Program-made: the position numbers and the translations under genes
Shown here: one piece after another, positions 23,421 through 53,420 of the stretch
Position numbering within the stretch: position 1 is the first letter of the stretch
How the letters are laid out: every line of letters starts with the position of its first letter
Notes under the pieces: model-generated
What the model was told of the DNA's origin: nothing
What the model saw: the letters and a program-made list of their open reading frames with translations, nothing else
The model's database searches: none
From: Sminthopsis crassicaudata
Taxonomy: Eukaryota
Assembly (NCBI RefSeq): GCF_048593235.1
Contig: NC_133617.1
Coordinates: 705,974,958 to 706,038,957, forward strand
Length of the DNA: 64,000 bases
Direction of reading: 5' to 3'

Positions 23421-25613
23421 CGGGCTGAATCCCTAATGAAGGAGTGGGTGGGATGTGTTTTTTTAAGCGCATTTAGCGAAGAGATTAAAATGGGGAAGGG
23501 GTGAAGTAGGATAAGCGAGCCAGCCCTGGATTCCGACTCCCGGAGCTAGTCTGCTCCCCGGCGGTCCTCGGGGAGGGCGGATCTCTGGGCCTGGGGCAGC
23601 TGCTCCCCTTTTCCAGACAAGAGTCAGCATTTTGCAGGAACATATGTTGCTCTGTATTTGTATTGTGTGCAAGACCTGAGCTATATGGTTATGGAAGGGG
23701 TGTGTGTCTGCATTATGGGAGGATCATAGGATGCTCAAATGAGCTGCATAAAGTCCAACCCTCCCCCTCCACTTAGAGGAGTGTTAGGGTGTGTCCAACC
23801 GAAGGCCTACGAGAGAATTGGAGCTCAGGGGGTCCATCTCTTGCTCCCGAGGTTTGTGTGTTTGTGTCCTAGATTGGGGGACGTACCTGAGTGTGCAGGT
23901 GTTGGTAGGTTAAGGTATGGGCCTCCATTTGTTGTTCTGCCCCGGGGAGGGCCTCTCTGCACTTGGGGTTTTCAGAGCTCAGTGACTTGGCCATCATTCA
24001 TCTTTGAAGTTTCATCTTCCCCTTTTCTGGCCCTGAGCTGGGGAGGGGGACTATATATGGCGAGGGAAAGGGACTTTATTGCCAGAACATACGCTAGTAC
24101 CGGGCTCTTTCTGGGGTAGAGGCGTCCTGGGCTTTGCAGTCTGTGGAAAAGTTGGCCCAACAGAGGACTAACAGTGAGGGAGGTGTGGATCATGTCCTGC
24201 CTTCAGGCCTTCAATCCCTTGCTTTGTTCCTGCTAGAACATCTGGGCTTCCCTGGGGAGTGGATAGTCCGGTCTTACCACCCAAACTCCAGTTCTGGCCT
24301 GGGCTGCACTAAATATAGAGCCTGCCTGATGTCTGAGGAAATCAGACTGTGGCCAGAGGGGCTGAGGCTGGGACCAGAGTCAGGGAAGCTCCATTTTTAC
24401 ACTTCTTTATTACCCTACTCTTCCTGACCACTTTTCCTTTGGGAAAATGCATCTGGATCCCTGGATGTCCTCGGATATGTCCCCTAGCCAATCACTGTTA
24501 ATTCTGGGAGCTTTATAAAATTCTGGTCTTCCATATTAATGATCAGCCAGTCCAATTTCCTTTTCTTAATGAAGAAACTTAGATTTAGTGAGGGAAAGTC
24601 ACAGGACCCCAAAACACATAGATCATTAATGGGGGACCCATGCTAGGAGACAGGTGTCCTCATTATCTAGATTCAGAGAATGGAAAAGAAAGGGCCCTGG
24701 ACATCATTTAGCCCAACACCTTCCTTTTACCGGTGAGAAAGTTGAGACAAGGAGCTCTTTTCACTGCTTCCCTATAGCTCAGAATCTCTTGGGGTATTAT
24801 CATTTTTCCACCTTAGATTTTCTCCTTAGGTCAGTCCCCTTTTAGCTCCGAGAGCAGAACTGAAACTGATTATCAAGCTTCCTGGGAAAGCATTGAATTA
24901 AACTCTTGCGTAATGCAGGGTCTCAGTTTCCCCAACTAGAGAATTGGAATCACTGCTCACTTACCATCCTCCTTGGAGCTTTCTTAGGAGTCCTAGATTT
25001 GGGATGTGCATTGGGTAGGGGGCTTGGGACGAATTTGAGATGTTTTGGATGGAAGCTGGTGGAAACCGTGTCCCCTTGCTGGGGACATCAGGGTAGGGCA
25101 TTAGATTAAGCACAGGAGCCTGGTCATGCTTGGTACGAGAGGACCCTGGATGCTCAAATTTTAGTTGCCAGTTTGAGCTGGAAGCTGTGTATGAGGGAGG
25201 GGGCAGAAGTAGAGTTCAAGGAGGCCTGAGATTAAGGACAGGGGCTTGGGACAAGGCCTAGAAGTCTAGGAATCTGCTTTGGGTGGGGCAGGAATAGGAG
25301 ATGATGGTCAGAAGAGGTGGGAGGATGAGGGAGTACCAGCTGTTCCAGATGTGGCTGCTGTTGTCATGGCAACAGTGCAAATGGAGCTATTTTAAAATGT
25401 GGCTGAGATATTACTGGAGGCAGAGGGAGAGCAGGGAACCTGTTTTCTGAGGGAGGAGGAGGAGGAAGAGGAGGAGGAGGACGAAGGGATACCCTGAACA
25501 TACCCCCAGGGGATCAGGAACTTGATCAAAGACCTTCCCACCTTACTGGAATTTCACTAGTCATCTCTCAGGTCACTTCAGAGTGTTCCCACCTTTACGT
25601 TATGAATTTGTGC

Positions 25614-25616
<3 letters not shown>

Positions 25617-25676
<60 letters not shown>
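25617..25676. repeat. (TG)30 microsatellite
   Basis: Perfect TG run read directly from the sequence. Confidence 0.97.
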
Positions 25677-25677
<1 letters not shown>

Positions 25678-25866
25678 TTTGGGCCCATGTTTAATTTTTA
25701 GAGTCCTTGTTATTCAAAGGATGAAGAGGTGAAAGAAATGGGGAGGAGGACGGTCTAGAATTAGGAAAAAGAAAGCAGGAATAGGGGCTCGGAGTGGCCA
25801 TGCTCCCACTGAGCCCAAGCTATGCCATCCCCAGGAGCCCTGGCTGCAGCCAGCAGTCAGTGGGCA

Positions 25867-33912
<8,046 letters not shown>

Positions 33913-34454
33913 AGCAGCCTTTGACACAGTTGCTGGGGGTCAGGAATTTGGAGGAGGGAGGGCTCCATCCTCATGGGAAGGGGGTGGGTTAACTCCTGGG
34001 GAAGGGGCGGGAGTGGAACCTGCCAAAGAGAAGCCATTATGGATGCTGGGCATTATTGCTGCAGGGCAGAAGGGGTTAGAGCTGCCAATTGTTTGGGAAG
34101 GGGTAAAATGCCCTCTGCTCTTCCCCTCTCTTCCGTCCCAGGAAAGTCTCCGCTTCTCCTCCTCCCTGCACAGGGCTCTCCCTGAGCCCGCTTCAGCCCA
34201 GGCTTCTCTTGAAAGGAAGGACCGGCCTCTTCCGTTCCCTCTCTGGCCTGGTTTGGACCCTTTTCCTGACCCCTTTCTAGCACCTCCCTGGTCGCCCTGG
34301 CTCTGGCAAGGGCCCGGAGCTGCCGGGGGAAGTTGTCGAAGGAGTCCTGGCCCTGAGGAGAGACACGTGGGCGACTTCTCCTCTCTCAGTGCTCCCCACT
34401 ACATCCCACGGTCTGGTCAAGATACCCACGCGTTTTCCAAACAAATATTTCTAT

Positions 34455-34478
34455 TTTATTGTTCGTTGTTTTATTAAA
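34455..34478. terminator. Overlapping polyadenylation signals of convergent CAMK1 (+) and OGG1 (-)
   Basis: ATTAAA on + at 34473-34478; AATAAA on - at 34470-34475 and 34455-34460. Confidence 0.7.
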
Positions 34479-34711
34479 GGGAAGAGGTAAAAACCACTGG
34501 ATCGTGTCATCCCTCCAGCTGAGCTGGCATTTCCCAATCCTTACCTTTCCCCAACAGTGCCCAACCGACCACAGCTACGGGGACACAAACTGCCTGAGGT
34601 AGATGTGACAGTCCGAGGGAAGCCCAGCTCTGGCCAGGGCTGGGGGAGGGAAGGGGGGAGGGAAAGGAGGGGTCGGGCCCTGGCCAGGACCGGAGAGTGC
34701 GGCGGTTTCTG

Positions 34712-36449
34712 TCACGCCTCCCGCGCCCCGGACACTGGGCCCCTGCTTCCTTCCCGGGTCTCCTTTTTGCGCTTCCGAGGCTTTGCCTTTTCCTGGAGAA
34801 TCCGTGGTCTGGGGGTCTGTCTCAGGTCTGCACAGAAAAGCACCTAGGGAAAGAAAGCAGGGCTAGTCAGCCTCCCCTGAAGGGCGAGTCCCGTGGGCTG
34901 GGGGAGGGGCAGGAGGACCCGCACACCCGGGCATGTTTGGTTTAACGGAGCCCGGGCCAGGGGAGGTCACGGGACAGGACACTAACCGCTTGCGCCCAGC
35001 CGGCGTGGGGCCCCCACAGGCTCCGGAAGAAGTCTCCTACAACAGAAGGAGCCGCTGCATCCGCGCTCTCAGGGGAAGACCCCGCCCCTGCCCGCCGCAG
35101 GCCTCGGCTCACCCAGCTCTTTGCCGGCCTTCTGGCTCAGGCTCCTCTGGCCCGGGGAAGCGGGCTGCCAGCCGTAGTCCCGGCAGGCGATCTGCCACAC
35201 GTGCACGTCCACGGGCACGGCCTGGGGCTTGTCCAGCGCCATGAGGCACACGCAGTCGGCCACCTTGGACAAAGCAGTTCGGCCGGTCCGTCCCTGGGCC
35301 TCCTCACCCCCCCCCCCCCCCGCGTCCCACTGGTGAGCTCCGTGTGCTCGCAAGGTGGGGGTCCCCGCGAAGCTGCGCCTTCGGACCTCACCTTTATCCC
35401 CACCCCCGGCAGCGAGCAGAGGCCCTGGCGGGCGTCCTCGTAGGAGGCGGAGCGCAGCTGCTGCAGCCACGCGAGTCCCCCGCGTTCATTCAGGATGGCC
35501 CGGGCGCTCTGGCTCACAAAGCGGGCCCGGTAGCCAAACCCCAGCTCCCGGAGTTGTGGCTCCACCTCGGCTTCTGCAGGGACAACACCGTGAGCTCACA
35601 CCCCAGTCCGGCCCACGGGCTGCCCAAGCGGGAAGATGCACCCCCTGCCCCGCAGGGGGCACCCGGGGGAGACCCAGGCCCGGTCGGCTAACGACGGGCG
35701 GGGGAGGGGGGCCGCGGGGCGCTCACGGGCTAGAGCCTGCAGGCTGGGGAAGCCGTGGTAGGAGACGCCGTCCAGCTGGCCCAGCCGTGGCCCCAGGTGC
35801 GCGCGCAGCCGCTGCACCATGCCGGTGATCCTGGAGAGGTGGTTGTTGGAGGAGCAGATGAAGGAGAAGAGGCATTCCAGGGGCTCCTGTCTGAGCAGCC
35901 GGACCCCTGCGGGGGAGGAGGGGCGTCAGCCGGGCCCCGCCTCGCCCGCCCCTCCCACAGCACCGCCCTCCCACAGCGCCCGCCCTCCAGCTCACCCGGG
36001 AATCTCGCGGCCACTTCTCGGAAGTGGGGGTCCGCGGAGGCCCAGCGCCGGTACAGCTCGGCCAGGCGGACGTGGAGCTGAAAGAAGCGGCGCAGGGAGT
36101 GCGGGGCCCCGGGCCCGGCCGGCTCCCCGTACACGGTGTAGTGCAGCCGTCCGTCCGCCTGGGTCAGCGTCCACAGCCGGCCGTCCAGGACGCCCGTCCA
36201 GTGCCCCGGGCTCTGCTCTCTCCAGCTGGCCGAGGGAGAGAGAGACAGAGTCCGCCCGCGCCTCCCCTCCAGGGTCCGGGATCCCTTCCCAGAGCCCCCG
36301 GGGACGCCCGGGCACGTGGGGCTCAAAGGCGCCCTCGCTCACCTGAAGGACTGGCCTGAAGACAGGACCAGGTCCAGGTCCAGCTCGGATCGTGGACAGG
36401 GGATGGAAGCCCAAAGGCCCGGGGCCGAGGCGAGGGTTCGGTGCTGCAT
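34712..36449 (-). CDS. OGG1: 8-oxoguanine DNA glycosylase 1 (type 1a-like), complete, 343 aa
   Basis: Exons 36343-36449, 35996-36225, 35727-35906, 35392-35573, 35113-35263, 34987-35036, 34712-34843 total 1032 nt. HhH-GPD motif [28 protein letters not shown] contains the catalytic Lys and Asp. C-terminal NLS PRKRKK. Confidence 0.96.
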
Positions 36450-36549
36450 GCCCCACCCCTCCGGCCCAGTTCAGGTGGAGGGGGACCGGCACCAGCCCTT
36501 TAAGGACCTCCTCTATGCGAGTCGGAACCCACCTGACCCCGCCTCTCCT

Positions 36550-36900
36550 CAATGCTCCACCCACTCCGGCGATCACTGGGAGAAGTCCCGCCTATTCTGG
36601 GGCCTTCTCATCGCGAACCCCGCCCATGGCTCTCGAGACAGCGTTTATTTTTCCCGCTCTAGATTGGTGGACGTGGTTTCCGTCCAAGCTTCGCACCATT
36701 TCCCAACATCAAGCAGGCCCCGCCCCTCTAGGCCACTTCACCTTCCAGCCCAGCCTTTTACTCATTAGGGTTGCGATTTGCTGCGCAAAATCGGAAGTCT
36801 CTTTAAAAGCGCGCGAGGCGTTTAGCTCGCGCGATACTTTTGCAATCCGAGACACTCGCAACCGGAAGCAGAAAATTTAAAATCCCCGCCCGCTCGGGAG
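36550..36900 (-). promoter_or_regulatory. OGG1 promoter within a CpG island spanning ~34650-37760
   Basis: CCAAT-type motif (GATTGG ~36662), ETS GGAAGT/CCGGAAG motifs (~36793, ~36862), a GC box and CGCG elements upstream of the OGG1 ATG. Confidence 0.6.
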
Positions 36901-37128
36901 ACATCGGCCTATCCAGAGCGGAGGGAACGGGAGAGCTTCAAGGGGAGGCTTGGGAAGCTAGGCCGGAGTCTCGCGGGCGGTGGGCTCTAATCGGAGCCCC
37001 TCCCCCTCCTTCCCACGGCCCCAGGCTAACACTCGGCCTCCGGCATCTCCATTGTATTATCTCCCCGCACCGACCCCCTCCCATCTGTTTCCTCCCCTGT
37101 GGCAGGAAGCGGGATTCCAAATAGACCG

Positions 37129-37134
37129 TTTATT
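37129..37134 (-). terminator. Probable BRPF1 polyadenylation signal
   Basis: AATAAA on the minus strand ~630 nt after the BRPF1 stop, at the end of an AT-rich block. Confidence 0.65.
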
Positions 37135-37765
37135 TTCTAAGAATCAATATATTTTCTTCCTCCGAAATAAATACAAACCAATTTGCAGGGCAGGGACCCG
37201 TGGGAGAGGCGGGGAGGGGGCCAGGGACAAGCCCCAGGCTTTTTAGTGCCAAAGGATTCTGGCGCGACCCGGAAACGCAGTTACAAATGAGAATAATTTA
37301 AATTCTCCGCTAATTTACAGTATGTACAGTAGCAGAAGGGTCTTCAGGCACCCTCCGGGGACCCCCCTTTCAGGGCAGGAGAGACAGACAGACATGGGCG
37401 TGCTTCCCGCGGCAGGGCCCGCCCAAACCCGCACCCGCAGACGCCTCAAGGCCTCCTGGGCCAAGGGGTTCCCGAGCCAGCAAACCGAGGTGGCCTGGGT
37501 GACGGCGCGGTCAGGGTCCGGCCAAGGCCCGCTCTCGCTCAGACAGCGGACGCTGGGGGGAAGGGGAGGTTAAGGAGAGGAGGACTCCTTCGGGCTCCAG
37601 GCCGTCTCCCGTGGCCCGGGCCGCCGCGACCCCCTGGAATGTCCGGTACAGTCCAGCTGCACTTGGAGCGGGACCACCCCGCCCGGCTTCCCCTGAGACT
37701 GGCCCCAAGACCAGGAATGAGTCAGTGCAGAGGCTGACGGGTGCCCCCGGCGTGGCCAAGCAGCT

Positions 37766-49493
<11,728 letters not shown>

Positions 49494-51155
49494 TCAAAGG
49501 AAACAAGGGCCCCGTCTCATTCAGCCAGAACAGGGCCAGCATGAGCGCCCTGCTCTCTGCCCGGCTGCTGCCCCCTTCTTCCTACCAGGGGCAGAGCAAC
49601 CAGAAACCCTTTCCCTCCCCTCCAAGCTGTAGGCTACTTGCCTACAAGCAAATAGGTTTACTTCCTCTGCTTCTGGCCTCCACCAGTGTCAGGGTCTCCC
49701 GATTCACTGGAATTGGTAGGTAAACCATACTGGTTCTAAGTTGTTCATCCCATCCACTCATCATCAGGATATGGGAAAGGTTCTCATTGGGGAATATCTT
49801 ACCCCGTCTTCCCACGAGTATACCCTCCTCTTCCCCTGCCACCGCTTGTCTATGAACAACAATTCCACTGCTGCTACTAAAAAGGATGTGACAATCTACT
49901 GCCCATGGATCCATTCCCACCTACACTTAGACCCTTCCTGGGCCACCACTGTTTTATCTCCTTATTAGAATGTAAGCTCCTGGAGGGCAGGAAGTGTCTC
50001 ACTTTGGTATCTGTATCCCTGGCACCTGGAATAATGCTTTGACATAAATGTTTGGCTGACTGATTGAGGCCTGACCCCTGGCCTTCCCACAGAGGTACAG
50101 TCTTTAACTCTTCCTTTTAGGATACCAGATATGGGGTCCATGAAAGATTACAGAATGAGAGAGCTCAATGCCAATAAATCTCATCATGGTGTATCATCAT
50201 GCAGGTGATCTCTACCTATGTTAATCTATGTATTCTTCCCCCTAAACATTTCATCGAAAGGCAGGCCATTGCTTACTTGAGCCCTACTTGGACATTACAT
50301 TAACACGAGACCTTAATTCCCAGGGTCCACTTAAGGGAAACCAGCTTTATAGCTTGGATTCTCAACTACAACCCCTTCCTAATCCCTACCAAGAGCAGCA
50401 TGCCATCAGACACTCTATTAGTAAATCACGTTCCCTATGAGACATAAGTTAGTATATCAGCCATGTCTGTTTTTTCACATAGGAAAGTTGAAGCCCAGAA
50501 AAAGGCTGGCTCAGAGCTGCTGAATAAGTAACAAGTCTAGAATGACTAGCTCCTGGGTTAAATCCCAGGTGGATATGGGAGCAGGAGCTGCTAAATCTCA
50601 GCGTGGTATTTAGCACAGTTCTTGGCATACAGTAGACATTTAATAAATGTTTTCTGAATTGGATTGGTAGCCACTGACCATATTCCCTGTTCTGACATGG
50701 ATCTCTAATCAGCCACTAGGAACTTTTGAGTAGAGACTCCAGTAATGTCCAAAAGGCTTGAGAACCAGAGCACTTTATAGCCAAGAAGAACGAAGGAGTT
50801 TGTGTTTTATATCTGAGCTCTTTAACCTCTCAGTCTCTATGGAGACTGTTGCCATTGAAAACAACTGAGTCCTCAGGCCCTCAGAGATACCTCTGGGCTG
50901 GATCCTTAGGGACAGGAAGCAGCAGGAAGCACTAACTCTTGGCAACCTGGGCCTAAAGATGGTCCAGACTCCTCCCCAGTGTTGCCTTTTCTCAGGCTCT
51001 GTTGATGGGGGATCAGAAGTCATATGGGTCAGACCCTTAAGGAAAAAGTTACTGGAAACTCTTGTATTTGTTGAGGAGTTCAGAAATAGGGGCATTGCTC
51101 TTGGCAAACCTGGGCCAGAAAATCAGAAGAAGCTATGTGAGGGAAGAGCTTCGAA

Positions 51156-51335
51156 GGCAGAGCTTCTAACCTTTTTTGTCAGGGGCCCCTTTTGGCAGTC
51201 TGGTGACACATATGGCCCCCTTCTCGGAGTGACGTTTTTAAACGTGGGGAAAAAATTACATAGGCTAATAAAGGCAATCAAGGGAGCTGAAATACAGTTA
51301 AAACATAAAAAAGTTCACAATCCCCTGCTATGGCA
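51156..51335. mobile_element. Non-autonomous hAT-Charlie-like element (degenerate)
   Basis: Starts with the Charlie-type terminus CAGAGCTTCTAACCTTTTTTG, followed by GGCCCCTTTTGGCAGTCTGGTGA. The right end is poorly preserved. Confidence 0.5.
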
Positions 51336-51779
51336 ACATCATTTTGACCACATGCTGAACAATAAAGAAATTTAAGACTGACTTCCCGAGTCTCTCTCTT
51401 TTGAGGGAAAACCAACCACCAACATCCCCAAAGTCCCCCAGCCCAACCCTTACCCTTTCTACAATAGGCTGTACTCCTCCCTGTAGCTTTCCCGCCTCTG
51501 CTCTGGCTGGACCAGCCTGTTCTCTGCTCCTGTGGCTGTCACACTGGGCCCCAGTTATGGCTTGATGGGGGTAGTGACGGGACAGAGTGTATTAATGGGG
51601 TGGGGGTGGGGAAAAGAGAACAAAAAGCAAATCAGTAGATTTTAAAGCCTGAAAAATGAATGGGGGCCTGGGAGCGTGACAGCTGCCTTCCAGGGGCCGA
51701 AATAAGTGGGGAGGGACATACCCAGCGGCTGGCCAGCCAAGGCTGGATTCGAGGACCCTCTTATTCCCCTCAAAATGCC

Positions 51780-53420
51780 AGGCTGGGGGCGGCTGGGCCG
51801 AGCGCTCCCCGCTCCCGCTCCCGCTCCCCTCCCGCGGTCCAGAAAATCGCCCGCAGTTTTCCCTTTATCCAAGTGTAACAAGTTAAACAACAACAATTCC
51901 CAGCTGCCATTGGCTCACGCCCCCGAAGGATACTTTGTAGCAAGGGGGCATCTTGGCTGGGTTGGCCGAGCCGGGGCTGAGCTCCTGGGCACTCTTCCGG
52001 AGCCCCAGGGCAGGGAAGGTTTGCGAGGGGCTTTCGGACAGCCGGGTCGGGCGGAGAAGGGGGTCCCGGACAACCGGACCGGACGGGAGGGGGGGCTTCT
52101 TAAAGGGCCAGGCGGTTGGCGTGGAAACGGCCCGCGGGCAGTGCCCCGGCCCCAGCCGCCCCCGGGGGTCCCCCCCTCGGGCGGGCGCGTACTCACCGGC
52201 CGCCGCCAGTGCGGGCTCATAGCCGGCGTCCGGGCGGGGCCCCCGGGCCGGGGAAGGCAGCAGGACCGGGCAGGCTGCCGGAGGCGCGCAGCAGCCTCCG
52301 CCGAGCCCGGCCGGGCGTCCGGCCGCCCTGGCCCCGCTCGTCCTCAGGCTGCTCACTGCCTCCCGGGCGGGCCGGGCTGGGCTCGGGCCGCGCCGCCGCC
52401 GGCGGAACAATAGAGGCTCCTGGGAGGGGGAGGGAGGGCGCGGAACAGAGGGGGGGGAAGGGAAGGAAGGACTGGGGTAGAGAAGGGCGCGGAGGAGGAG
52501 GCGGGGGAGGGGGCGGCGGCGCCGGCGGCGGCGGCTGGGGGCAGCGGCGGCGGCGGCGGTGGTGGCGGCGGCGGCGGTAGCGGCGGCGGCGGCGGCGGCA
52601 GCGCAGGGTAAATGCGAGGCCGCGGCCGCCCCGAGTCGCACTTTCGACACGACTCCTTAGACACCCCCAGTCGGTCCCACGTGGGGCCAGGCCAGAGCCC
52701 GCTGGAGCGGCCGCCGCAGTCCGCTTCCAGCGCCGCCGCGGGGGTGGGGCGGGGGGCGGAGATGGGGCCGCTCCGCCGGGACGGGGGAGGGGGTGGGGTG
52801 GATGCCTCGGGCCGTTTGCTGCGAATCTGCCGAAGCGAATGAGGAGCGCGAGCCCGGAGAACCCCCCCTCCCTCCGTCCCAGCCCGCCTGCCTGCCCGCC
52901 CTCCCCGCTGGGCCGAGCTAGGGCCGAGCGCCGGAGCCCTCCCCCCGGGCCGGGCGGGGCCGGGAGCCCGGAGGGAGCGCCGAGGAGAGGGGCGGGGCTC
53001 GGGCGAAGGGGCGGGCTCGAGCCGGGACTCGCGCGGAGGCCGGCCCGCCCGCGTGGAACAGGGACGGCGTGCTGACCTCGGAGCTCGAGGCTGCGGTGGC
53101 GACCAGGGATCGAATCCCTCCTCGGCCCTCTCCGGCCGGCCCTTCTCACTGCGGGGGCCCGCTCGGGCCTGGCCCTTGAAAGGCGGATGAGGACCTTGGG
53201 GCCTCCGCTCTAGACCTGCCAGAGGGCTTGGAAACCACCGAGCTTCCAGAGGAGGAAACTGAGGTCGGGAGAGAGTGAGTCCTTCTTGTAGGGCTTGAAT
53301 CCAGGGCCCGTCTCCCCGGGGGGGGGGGGGGGGTGAGAGAAGCGCCACGGTGTCCTGATTCAGGCGGGCCTGGAGCCGGAGCGGAGAGCGGAGGCCCAAG
53401 GAGCGCCTTGTCTCTGACCA
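51780..53420 (-). promoter_or_regulatory. BRPF1 CpG-island promoter and non-coding exon 1 (donor after 52197)
   Basis: CpG island with the consensus donor CCG|GTGAGT at 52197. The exon-2 acceptor precedes 49395. Confidence 0.8.
52512..52602. repeat. Interrupted (CGG/GCC)n tract in the BRPF1 5' region
   Basis: Several runs of GGC units interrupted by GGT, TAG and CAG, read directly. Confidence 0.9.
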
